A stretch of 64,000 nucleotides of DNA from Macrostomum lignano (Eukaryota). Of this stretch, positions 24,588 through 38,140 are shown in pieces (position 1 is the stretch's first letter; the number at the start of each line of letters is the position of its first letter). A program made the translations under genes and the position numbers. The stretch covers positions 62,001-126,000 of the forward strand of contig NIVC01002776.1 of the NCBI GenBank assembly GCA_002269645.1. Reading direction: 5' to 3'. The notes under the pieces were generated by a model. The model searched no databases and had not been told where the DNA came from. It saw only the letters and a list, made by a program, of their open reading frames with translations.

Positions 24588-26363
24588 ATGCCGCCACCGC
24601 CTCCACCGCCGCCGCCGCCGCCGCCGCCTCCGCCGCCATCGGGTGCTCCGCCTCCATCGTCAACAGCAGGTCGAGGAGCCCTCCTAGGCGACATCAGGAA
24701 AGGTGCCCGGTTGCGCAAAGTGCCGGAAAGCGAGAGAAACGACCGGAGCGACGCCCTGCCTGGAGGCGCTGGGAATGGCAAGGGCACAGGAAGGCCTGTC
24801 GCTGCTGGTAAGCCAACTCGCGATGCTTTCGTAGCATAACTGAAGAATGATCAGAGTAGACGAAGGGTTGGTCAGGTAACCAAGGGTTGGTTGGTCAAAT
24901 AACGACTGTACTGAAGGGCCCAAAGCGATTGTCAAGGTACATGTGTAAAACTAAATTAAATCTTCAGCAAACAACCGAAGATCGACGCACGTCTCTGACG
25001 ACGGAAGCAGCGGGGGCGGCGGATCAGGAGGCGGCGGGTTTCAGGCGGAGCTGATGGCGCAGATCAAGCGGGCCAGATCTCCCACAGCCTCCAGCGCTGC
25101 AGCCAGAGCCCCTGAGCAGGGGGCGCAGCGCTCTGCTGCTGCTTCGTCGTCGCTGGCGCCACCGTCCTCAGGATCGAATCTGCGGCACAGCCGCTCCAAC
25201 GAGGGCTTCCGAGCTTCGCCCAGCCGCTTGAGCCCGGAGCCGCCGCCTGCAGAAGGCCGCATCAGAGCTACAAACTATTTGCAGAGTCCGACACCTCCGG
25301 TACCCACGGGTCGAAGGTTTGCGCAAAACCCGCCACCTCCAATACCCTCAGTGGGTCGCAAGCCTTCTCGGGCGGGTCCGGCGACACAGCCGCCACCAGT
25401 GCCATCGGCTGGGCTTAAGCCTCAGTTAGGAGGTCAGGCGACACAGCCGCCACCAGTGCCATCGGCTGGGCTTAAGCCTCAGTTAGGAGGTCAGGCGACA
25501 CAGCCGCCACCAGTGCCATCGACTGGGCTTCAGCCTCAGTTAGGAGGTCAGGCGACACAGCCGCCACCAGTGCCATCGGCTGGGCTTAAGCCTCAGTTAG
25601 GAGGTCAGGCGACAAAGCCGCCACCAGTGCCATCGGCTGGGCTTAAGCCTCAGTTAGGAGGTCAGGCGACACAGCCGCCACCAGTGCCATCGACTGGGCT
25701 TAAGCCTCAGTTAGGAGGTCAGGCGACACAGCCGCCACCAGTGCCATCGGCTGGGCTTAAGCCTCAGTTAGGAGATCAGGCGACACAGCCGGCACCAGTG
25801 CCATCGGCTGGGCTTAAGCCTCAGTTAGGAGGTCAGGCGACACAGCCGGCACCAGTGCCATCGGCTGGGCTTAAGCCTCAGTTAGGAGGTCAGGCGACAC
25901 AGCCGCCACCAGTGCCATCGGCTGGGCTTAAGCCTCAGTTAGGAGGTCAGGCGACACAGCCGCCACCAGTGCCATCGGCTGGGCTTAAGCCTCAGTTAGG
26001 AGGTCAGGCGACACAGCCGCCACCAGTGCCTTCGCCGAGTCTTAAGCCGCGCCCCAAGTTCCAGTCCGGTCAACCGACAGTTGATCGGTCGGAAGCGCCG
26101 ATCCGCGGTTGCCAGCAGCTGCAGTCGCCACCGAAATTGCCGCCGAAGTCGCCCACGGCTGAGCCGCTGCAGACAGACGGTGCTTCAAGAGGCCGACCAC
26201 CGCCGCCGCCACTACCGTCGAAGTCGCCGCAGGGCGATGTTCAGCTGCCGCAGGGGCGGGACGGCAGCGCCAGAAGCTGGGGGAGAAGTACCAGTTCAAG
26301 CCAGCGGTCATGTTCCCTCGGGTGCAGACTTTCACGGACTGCCCGAAGGTCAAGCGGCTGTGA
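24588..26363 (+). CDS. WIP/verprolin-like actin regulator; exons 24588-24807 and 24968-~26363 (C-terminus in the -1 frame; frame-0 ORF ends at 26394)
   Basis: MPPPP...GRGALLGDIRKGARLRKV...NDRS is the WIP-type WH2. Phase-1 intron GTAAGC..TTCAG, then a second WH2-like FQAELMAQIK and a long Pro-rich region. GEKYQFKPAVMFPRVQTFTDCPKVKRL* in the -1 frame resembles the WASP-binding tail. Confidence 0.88.
25381..26047 (+). repeat. 57-bp coding minisatellite (ATQPPPVPSAGLKPQLGGQ) x ~11.7 in the WIP-like gene
   Basis: Units start at 25381, 25438, 25495 and so on to 26008. All are in frame with no stops. Confidence 0.95.
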
Positions 26364-26929
26364 ATTGACCACGGCGAGCGGCAGTCTGCCCTGATACGAG
26401 TTCTACCAGCCCGGAACAGCGGGTGCGAACTTCATGTATTTGCCGAAGAGACTTGAATGATGCTCTCCGTAGGCTCCATAAGATTGACGTTGAACTTGAA
26501 TTGACCTTGATATTGACCTTTCTAAACTCAATGAAGCAAAAGAAACGTTCTTAAAGCTTCCAAGCACTTCTTATTGGTGCCTTGATACACAGGCTCGTGT
26601 GTGTTACGTCGTAACTCATTTGATTTGATATTTTGGCAACTTTTCAGCTCGGCATGCAGTCTGATTGTCCATCAATATTAACTGATTATTTATTGTCTTT
26701 AGCGTTAAAATTTAACTTCAGAAAAATAATTTTTTTTTCTTGTGAAATTGCGAAATGCCCAATATTGCTGTTTCCCCCTAATGGTAATATTTTTGCTGCT
26801 GGCAACTTGACAAGCAAAAATATAATCATACCAATTAACCGTTTCTCATCGTTTTGCTGCAAAGGCTCATGAGGCGGACTTTTTCATCAAGCGGTCAGTT
26901 GTCTAAGACCTGAGGGTTTCAAGATCCCG

Positions 26930-27080
26930 GTAGCTCATCCCTTGGATCCCCACACGTCCCGACATCCATGTAAGGGTGATTCTGTTGAGGGACCCCAAGT
27001 TGTTAATGAGCAGCAGAGATGGCCAATGACATTTCTTATTAAACGGGACCAGAAGATCTCTGAGATCTCTGATAGCTATA
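26930..27080 (-). mobile_element. Probable degenerate RNase H fragment of a non-LTR retrotransposon
   Basis: AIRDLRDLL...LINNLGSLNRITLTWMSGRVGIQG resembles the retroelement RNase H motif (..N.V.L.WVPGH.GI.GNE). The catalytic GNE is lost. Confidence 0.45.
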
Positions 27081-28594
27081 TGCATATCCTCTTGGAATTT
27101 TACTTGAGGCAGTGAGGCAGTAGAATATGCACTCGTTTCTTTCTCTCTTTCTTTTGAGCCCTTCGTTGCACACGAGCGTCGCCCTGTTGTACTGAGTCTC
27201 GCGGTGTAAGTAAACAACCTTATTTTAGAGATCTTTTGGCTGACCCTCGCACCTCTAAACGCGAATTGAAAAAATGCAGATGTGCAAAGATGAGTCACTA
27301 AAATGCATGCCATTTACCATTTAGCTTCGTCTGTCTCACGGAACACTAAAAAAATTCTTCGCTGGGCGGTCGCAACAATGCCAACCCACCATCACAGGCT
27401 GTTTTTGCGACAATAAAACTATAATTTAACTATCAGTCACTTTGTGTCTACTAGTGGCTTATAATGTCCTGAGAAACCATGACAAGAACATGGCATTCTC
27501 TTCTAGCTTTACTTAAGTGACAAGTCACGTTAAAAGATAAAAAATTGTGTAGCAAAGGCAACAACCTAACCGTTGAAGACTTGACAAATTAGCCATGGAC
27601 AGAATCCTACGCCTATTCTGATCACCTGCCGTTTGTTTGTTGTGGTGAGTTGAGGCGCTGTGTTGTCGCGCTCGGGGATCCGGTGGTGCTGGTGTCCGCA
27701 GCGCCACCCCCTCCGGAGAGTACATGAAGTGGATGGTCGCTCCCCACCGGTAGCCCTCAGGTGGCAGAAATTTTCGGACCTGAAAACCCAAAAGGTTTGG
27801 GTTTGGGCCGAGGTAGGTGAGCCTGTCTTGAGTAAAGGCGGGAATTTACAGATAAAGTTGCTACGCATTCTCAACAAAGGGCCATGGCTACCGCCTTGAT
27901 GTCTCTGCGGTGAAGACCAGGGCCCTGGGGAGGGTGGAAGAGAGACAGGGGACGACATTGCAGTCGGGGGCGATAGCTCACCTCTCCCTGCCAAAATGTC
28001 ACCCACATCTAAACATGCTGTCACCTGACATTTCCGAACTACTGGCAGGTCCCAAGCGGATTACGGATGTGGCGATGGGCTCACCAATCAGGTTTACAAC
28101 AGCGACAACGAATGCTGCGGCTCGGTTGTTGCTGCCAGCCACGACCCGTAGGTTGAGACCAGTGGGAAACTTCTAATGCTATACTCGCATAACAAGTCCT
28201 GCACCTTTTCTAACAAATTTCAAACTGAACTTTTAAAACTGTTCAGGTCGAGGAAGAAGCTGGATTCTATAGATACTCTGCAGCGCAGCTCTGCCCCCAT
28301 GTAAGTGCCGCTACAGATACTGAAATAACTGGATGGGCCACGCAGGCGTGTAAAACAGCTTTCTACTTCCAGTTCAGTAGTAAGTAAAAATACATAAGCT
28401 ATTTTATAAAAAAACAAGCTACTGAAACCCGTGGATTTTGAACCTGCTGAATTCCAATCCCCACAACTATTTTTGCTTGCATTCTTAAATCTGAAGTCAT
28501 GCTGAAACTAAAGCTTGTTAATACGAGTAGATAAGATAGGGGTAGACAAAAATTGGAGTAGATGCGTGTTAAATTAAGATTTGAGGGCCTTTGA

Positions 28595-28810
28595 AACTTC
28601 ACTCCTCTCCTCACTCTTCTCATCCGTCTCCTTTTCTCACATCTCTCTTCTCTCTTTTCTCCTCTCTTCTCTCTCATCTCTTCTCATTCCTCTCTTCTCT
28701 CTTTCTCTCTCATCTACTCTCTCTCCTCTCTCTCTCACCTCTCCTCTCTTTTCTTGTCTCTGCTCTTTCCTCTCTCCTCTCTTCTCTTTCCTCTCTCCTC
28801 TCTTTTCTGA
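28595..28810. repeat. CT-rich low-complexity polypyrimidine tract
   Basis: Direct. Confidence 0.9.
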
Positions 28811-29335
28811 TCTCATATACCATTTTATCTAATAACAATTGGGGCGGGTGTAAGAGGTTTTGTGTGGAAAGACGCAAGTTAGAGGGTTAGAGGCTATGGG
28901 GAGGAGCTAATAAATGAGCCGTGTCTTTAAAATACATCAAAATGCTTCAGTTTAACTTACTACTCAACTGACAGTAGCTTACACACAAATGTGCTGAGTG
29001 GCCCATCTGGTTATTCTACGAGTAGGCATCTGTGGTCTACCGCGATCCAGTCGCTGTTGCGTTGGCTGCAGAATCTTTTAACTGTTATGAATAAAAACCG
29101 CTGCATCTACTACAAGTAAGCTCTAATCGTAACTTATAAAATTTTTCCCAGTTACTTGTATTTGCCTATCACAGCGTTTATCCAACCGCTAGACACTAGG
29201 GGGAGACTTTCCAATCCCAGCTTCCCCGATGAAGCAATTTTATTTAATAATTCAGCAGCTATGGCCTCCAAGGGGCCCAACCTGAGTGGATAAAACCGTC
29301 ATAAAATTCTACCAACAGCGCTGAGAACCGTCCCA

Positions 29336-31235
<1,900 letters not shown>

Positions 31236-31312
31236 GTCCTGCACTGCTCACTGATAATTCTGCTTGTCTTATTAATAAGATGCTCAGCTTATAAGCTGCT
31301 GGCGTGGGAGAG

Positions 31313-32222
31313 TGACACAATCAGAGTGCTAGTGAGAGTGACACGGTCAGAGTTATAGTGCGAGAGTGACACGGTCAGAGTGCCAGTGCGAGAGTGACAC
31401 GGTCAGAGTGCTAGTGAGAGTGACACGGTCAGAGTTATAGTGCGAGAGTGACACGGTCAGAGTGCCAGTGCGAGAGTGACACGGTCAGAGTGCCAGTGAG
31501 AGTGACACGGTCAGAGTTACAGTGCGAGAGTGACACGGTCAGAGTGACACTGCGAGAGTTACACAGTCAGAGTTACAGTGCGAGAGTGACACGGTCAGAG
31601 TGCCAGTGAGGGTGACACGGTCAGAGTGACACAGTCAGAGTGCCAGTGAGTGTGACACGGTCAGAGTGACACTGCAAGAGTGACACAGTCAGAGTGCCAG
31701 TGAGAGTGACACAGTCATATTGCCAGTGAGAGTGACACAGTCAGAGTGCCAGTGAGAGTGACACAGTCAGAGTGCCAGTGAGAGTGACACTGCAAGAGTG
31801 ACACAGTCAGAGTGCCAGTGAGAGTGACACAGTCATATTGCCAGTGAGAGTGACACAGTCAGAGTGCCAGTGAGAGTGACACAGTCAGAGTGCCAGTGAG
31901 AGTGACACAGTCATATTGCCAGTGAGAGTGACACAGTCAGAGTGCCAGTGAGAGTGACACAGTCAGAGTTCCAGTAAGAGTGACACGGTCAGAGTGCCAG
32001 TGAGAGTGACAAGGTCAGAGTGACACTGCAAGAGTGACACAGTCAGAGTGCCAGTGAGAGTGACACAGTCAGAGTGCCAGTGAGAGTGACACAGTCAGAG
32101 TGCCAGTGAGAGTGACACAGTCAGAGTGCCAGTGCGAGAGTGACACGGTCAGAGTGCCAGTGCGAGAGTGACACGGTCAGAGTGCCAGTGCGAGAGTGAC
32201 ACGGTCAGAGTGACAGTGAGAC
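31313..32222. repeat. 26/28-bp satellite (CACAGTCAGAGTGCCAGTGAGAGTGA and variants)
   Basis: Direct; built from iterated AGAGTG sub-motifs. Confidence 0.93.
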
Positions 32223-33121
32223 TTTCCGTAGTGCAATACTTACATTAGTAACTACATTAGTAAGGCGAATGTACTTTTAGGTAAAGTATCATAAAATACT
32301 CAATTCAATGTAGTTGTCATTCAGCGAAGCCAAATTATTTACCAACTGCTTTTAGGCTTAATTGATTGTTTTTGCCGGAGAATTTTCGTGTACGCTCGTA
32401 GCTGTATATACCTCAGCATATGCTACGTGCCCTGAATATGCTGCTGCGTACGACAGTAAACTTTTGCCTGAAACTCAGTTCTAAATTTAGACCGGAAAAG
32501 GTATCGACCTTGGCCCAGCTTTGGTCAAAGATATTTATTCTACATCGCAAGTCATGCTACCGTTCTTAGGATATGCTCAGAATTCTAATGCATAAAACCT
32601 CTCGCCAGTGTACATCTTCATCTACAAAACAGAGTTTAGTCCCACTGCTCTTCATCACTGACGCTCTTCAAAGCACATCGGCTGCAGAGTACAATGAGCT
32701 GGAAGCAGCCATGATGCAAATATTCCTTATAGCTCTATATAATTTTTTCTGGTGCGCAGGAAAGACAAAGACTTAAAGACAGGAAGGCATTTAGATACTT
32801 CAGCATATTAAAAAGCTCTGTTCTAGTGTTTACTGAGCTTTATGGGGCCAGCTCCAGATGTGGCGTGATCTTAGAAAAAGCCTCACCTCCCCCCTACTGT
32901 GAGACAATTCGCATCGTGTACCCAGCAAACTCGTGAGAAAGAGCTGAGCAGACAACTCACTCAAGCCCATATTACAGAAAATCTTGAGCATCGCTGTTCC
33001 AAATTGCCTCTCTTCCAGGTCTGCATTAAAATAAAAGAAATTTGAGCAAAATAAATTTGCAAAGAGAAAACAACACAACGCAGCCAAGACAACAACCCAC
33101 ATTGACTCGCAAAATACAGCG

Positions 33122-36100
33122 ATGCACAGTTTGTTGTGCCTGCTGCTAACCGGCTGCTGTCTGATTGTTGCGGTGAGTTTCAATGCTCAACTTGCTTTCT
33201 GATTGACTTTGCAGACAGACAAGCAACTGCCGGTAGGTCTTTTAGATTCTGCTACTCAATTATAGGAGTTACAGAGTCCCATCAGTTATAATACCTAAGT
33301 CGGTCTCTATGAGGCCACCTTTCCAGCTCTGCTTCCCTTCAATGTCATCAAAAAACGCGAAATTTCATTACCGCTAAAAATTTTGCACTTACTTTCATAA
33401 ATGGCAGTCTTTTTAGCGGTTGTGAAGTTTCGTGTCAATAAGTTTTTTAAACTTATTTGCAGGTGAACTGCCACGGCTACATGACGATCAAGTTTCAGCA
33501 GTACCACAACCATGACAGCCGGTGCTCCGATGGAACTTATTGCGACACGATTCTTTTCTTCAACTCCAGAGAGAGCGCCTGCGATCCGCACTTCCACCTG
33601 ACAGCTGACCGCTATAACGCTGGCGGGTAGGTAGTTAGAACTTTGACCAACCCTCTAAGCCTCCATCCTCTCGAGCATCAAGGGCGAAAGTCCCTTTTCC
33701 ATTGGTTCGAAATACTCGTACGCTTCCCAAAGACTTTGCTGAAATACAGATTTCGAATTCCTTTCAACTTCAGAAACGGGCTGTTCGACCACAGTCAGTC
33801 AGGCTGGTACTGGGACAAGGATGTGATCGACTTCGGATCGGATTTCGCGGGAATAAAGAATCCCGTTGTCATTGCGATGAACTTCGACAACAACGATGTG
33901 AGTCCGCGCACCGAGTAGTTCGCACCTGCGGTCTGAATCTGAGTCTCATTTCGTGCATGGTGAATTTTCAATTGCAGGGCCGACTCTTCATCAGAGTCAT
34001 TGTCCATGACAAGGACAGCACGGCAGACGATTTGATTGACATATTCTCGGCTACCCTGGAGGCCTCCGGCCCAGACGCAAAGGACCTGACGATTGTCAGC
34101 CATGCGATGGGTCACACGTAGGTTGCTCACATGCTCATAGTTTGTGATAACCTGTTCCAACGTTCATCAAATTTTATCCTTTAATCTCTGCTTCATCAGC
34201 TTGCGCATCCGATACTGGTACAGCTGCCATTCCGGCTACTACGGCGCGCTGTGCAACACCTACTGCATGGAGAAGAATAACGCGTGGGATGGTCATTACA
34301 CCTGCGGCTCAGACGGACAGAAAGTCTGCCGTAGCGGTGAGTGACTGACTTTAAGGCACCAATTCCTATCGATATCGATGGTACTTTTGCACAAAAACTG
34401 AATTTTCTCAAAAACGTTACTTCTTTACTTTCAATCTAAAGTTATGAGCCACTGGTTGAAGGTGTCTCTACGCTCGAGTACGTGCAGTGCCATGAATTGC
34501 CACTAGAAAATGAACGACTGAGAAAATTTTGCTACAGAGATCAGTTCCGCTTATGACTTTATAACGCATTGACTCACCTTAGGCTGGATCGGCGCCGACT
34601 GCAAGACGCCGCACCCGTGTAGCACCGGCGTCTGTCAGAACGGCGCCACTTGTGTACCTAACGGTGACTCCTACAGCTGCCGATGTCCCGCTGACTACTC
34701 CGGTACGAACTGTGAGACCTTTCTCAACCCGTGCACCTACCGAAACCCGTGCAAAAACGGCGCCACCTGCGTACTTAACGGTGACTCCTACAGCTGCCGA
34801 TGTCCCGCTGACTACTCCGGTACGAACTGCGAGACCTTTCTCAACCCGTGCACCTACCGAAACCCGTGCAAAAATGGTGCCACCTGCCAGCTGGACGCCG
34901 GCCGACAGCCGCAGTGCCGCTGCTTGCCGCAGTTCACCGGATCTCATTGTGAGCTCGACGTCGATGAGTGCTCGACTGAGTCGCCGTGCAGTAACGACAT
35001 GCCATGCGTCAACATTCACGGCGGTTTCTACTGCAACTGCACCGACGCAAAGCTCCACGGCAGCCTCTGCGAGTTCGACCGCTGCAACACCACCGTCTGC
35101 TTGAACAGCGGCATCTGTCACGTGAACGAGACGGACGGTGTTCCACGGTGCCTCTGTCCGGAAGGATTTTTAGGAGAGAACTGCGAGATCGATAACCCGT
35201 GCTACAGCAGCCCGTGCCAGAACGGGGCGCCCTGCAGAAACAGCGCCGTCGGATTCGCCTGCGACTGCCCGCCAGACTTCATCGGAGACCGATGCGAGAC
35301 AGCGAAGCCGAACTACTGCGCCAGTGGGCCCTGCCGCAACGGAGGAGACTGCGTCAGCGGTACGGACGGCTTCAGCTGCACCTGTCCAACAGGCTTCAAA
35401 GGCGCGCTCTGCGAACGTTTCGCATCCGAAGGCACCCCGAAATCGGTCGGCCAGGTGGGCGAAAATCCCGGCGACGCCTCGACTGGAAACTCCAGCGTTG
35501 TTGGAGTGGCGGCCGGATGCGCAGTAGGCTTCCTGCTGCTGATTGCCCTCGGCGTGTTCCTGGGCGTCTACCTGCTGCGTCGACGACGTAACGCCGGGTA
35601 AGTACTCGTAGATTGGATGGGCAAAAATAATACGCACCATTGTCGGTTACATCCTCGAAAGCTTGAACTCTCTCGCATAAATAGTATGTATCTTTGTTGC
35701 TAGATATGTGGTTCATTAAACACAGCTTACTATCCTTGATCCGTCCTGAACTACTCGCAGGTCCGAAGCAGATCTCGGGAGCAGCATCGGACACACCAAT
35801 GAAATTTATAACAATGCCAGCGAATTTACCGGCACAGTGCGCAGTTACGAGTAAGTAGAGCAGGTCAAATGTTGTTTAACAATCGGCGTTCCCTATGGGC
35901 CGTCTTGTGTCACTTTCCTTGCGCCTATTAATAATATTTAAAACGTGCTCAGTAATTTCTACTAGCAGTAGTGCATTAATACTGATTTTCTGCAAAAATT
36001 TCTCACAGCCCGACTGTCCAATGGGAAGACGAGCCTGCAGTCTACGAAGCAATCAGCGGTCTGCCGGTTGGCGAACCGGCGAACCAGCTGCCGGTCGGTG

Positions 36101-36135
36101 GACTGGAAAATTCGGCCTACGAAGAGGACGCCTGA
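33122..36135 (+). CDS. Delta/DSL Notch-ligand-like type I membrane protein, 615 aa; exons 33122-33172, 33463-33626, 33774-33897, 33978-34117, 34200-34336, 34583-35597, 35761-35850, 36009-36135
   Basis: Signal peptide MHSLLCLLLTGCCLIVA|VNC, an MNNL/C2-like N-terminus, DSL CHSGYYGALCNTYC...GHYTCGSDGQKVCRS|GWIGADC, 7 EGF repeats, TM and an RRRR stop-transfer. All 7 introns are GT-AG with consistent phases. Exon lengths sum to 1848 nt. Confidence 0.93.
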
Positions 36136-37568
36136 GCAACCAGCGGTGTTCAGAAACTTTTGCCTCGTGTGGCCAAGGAAAAGTTATTGAGAAGCGTCAT
36201 TGCTCTGTTTTATTGATTGATCGATTGACCAAGTTATCATTTAAGTTTACACTTTGCTTTAGCAAGCCGACTCCCGAACACTCATTCAACTCATGCACCG
36301 AATTCCCGCATTTTCCTGCCGATAATTTTCACAAAGTTTCGTTGCATCATAAAGTTTTAACAAGTGTTTACAGCTAATAAAACTGTTTTTTACAAGGTTT
36401 TTTGTATATAAAAGTTAACATCGCTTGCCCGAGAGTGCGTAATGCAATATTTAACTATAGCTCTGATAATTTCTGTTAATTTAACGCTCTTTGATCTCGC
36501 TAGATCTCGCTATTCGTAAAGTTAACTTGTCTGAAATTCAATGCGCTCAAAACTATTCCTTTAATAGATCTTTTTTATTTAAAAAAGTTGTTCTAATACA
36601 CTTAAAAATATTCGAAAACTTGCCGCCAAAACTTGAGTACTTTTCAGTCACTTTTCTGAAATAAAAATTCCAGGAAGTTCTTTGTAAAGCATCGCCAATT
36701 CTGTGAAGTGCTTGAGTCTCTGTTCAACGATGTGAGATCAGTTGGTCAGAGGATCATCTGTCATGACGCCCATTGACACAAAAAGCGTTTTTTTTGTTTC
36801 CCCCGGTGGGCCATCCCGCGATGTGAATGCAAATTGAAACTCCAAAGTGTTGTGCCCGGGTGCACTTGCACCGATGAGCAATCTCTGGCTCTCGGTCAAA
36901 GTGTGCCCGGCTCTGCAGTCCCACCCCCGGCCGCGTGCCTGCGCCAACCCCCCCCATTCTGTCTGCGTCAACCCCCCATTCTGTCTGCGTCAACCCCCCC
37001 TCCAGTTGCACCCACCCCACTGCCTGTTAGGCCAGCCGGCTTTGGCTGGCTGCGGCCCCAGTGCGCCCCCTCGCTCACCCTGCGATTGGATGGTGGTCCA
37101 GCCAATCGGTTTGTTTCCTCTCCCCTCCAATCGCGACCCCGACTTGTAACTTTTTCCTTGTTGGATAAGACGATCGTAATTTTGGCTAGCTGGGCCTGGG
37201 GTAGCGATACCTCAGGGCTTAACCAGCTAGCACAAATATAAATATATATGCAGGAGCGGCAGTAGGGGAGGCATCTCTCTTTCCTTGGTTGAATTGTGCA
37301 AGTCACAGCCATAAGTCTAATACTGCAATCTAGATACCTGTCTATTCCATAGACTGAAGAGAGAACATTGAGAGAAGCCACCCCTGCTGCCGCCACCGCT
37401 GTTACCCGAAGAAACAGAGTGAGTCGCGTGTCTTTCTTATTTGAGGGACTGGCGGGAATCAATCTGTGCAATAGGGACGGGCTGATTAAGTCTCGTGACG
37501 CGATCCCCCGCTCAGAGTCCGAAGTCAGTCCGGCCAGTTGACTGACGCCATCTTCGGCTCGTTCACTA

Positions 37569-37710
37569 TGATAGTCAGGGTAGTGATCCGACTATCTGTG
37601 ATAGTCAGGGTAGTGATCCGACTATCTGTGATAGTCAGGGTAGTGATCCGACTATCTGTGATAGTCAGGGTAGTGATCCGACTATCTGTGATAGTCAGGG
37701 TAGTGATCCG
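37569..37710. repeat. 30-bp tandem repeat (TGATAGTCAGGGTAGTGATCCGACTATCTG) x ~4.7 with an internal 7-bp inverted repeat
   Basis: The GATAGTC/GACTATC pair is present in every unit. Confidence 0.92.
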
Positions 37711-38140
37711 GCCTGTAGCACAACACAAGAGCACCTAAGATGCTCAGTGTTTGCGGCAGACAGACTCGGCAGTAAAAAGTTAATAAATAGCTTGTATTTA
37801 AAGGAGCTGCGCCTGGAGCTTAGTGAGCTCAGCGACAATAATCTGGGGCTCTCTTAGTTTGAGCGCCAACCCCCAAGGCACAGAGAGTGAGTTGCACGCC
37901 TGCTAATGAGAAAGTCAGGGTACACCCTGCGAACGTATCCGTGTCCGTGTTGCTCAGTGGTCAGCAGAATGGGGCGCGACTGCTTGTCCTTTCGCTGGCT
38001 GGGGGGTCCACAGTCAACTTGATTTGCGAACATTGCCCGGATGCCTCACTGAAAACTAACCAACACTTAGTGTCAGCAGTGCAGCATCCGGGTAGAATTT
38101 ACAAAACAACGATACTTGGCTCACACTGGTTTAGGATTGG

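Noticed and set aside
27525-28176. Overlapping ORFs of 79-152 aa on both strands
   Set aside because: No recognisable domain, no codon bias and no consistent splice chain; left unassigned.
36968-37471. VTC...LPYCRSC resemblance to the PPxY-protein ectodomain (third paralog?)
   Set aside because: Cys spacing differs, there is no TM or PPxY exon, and codon usage is unlike real exons.
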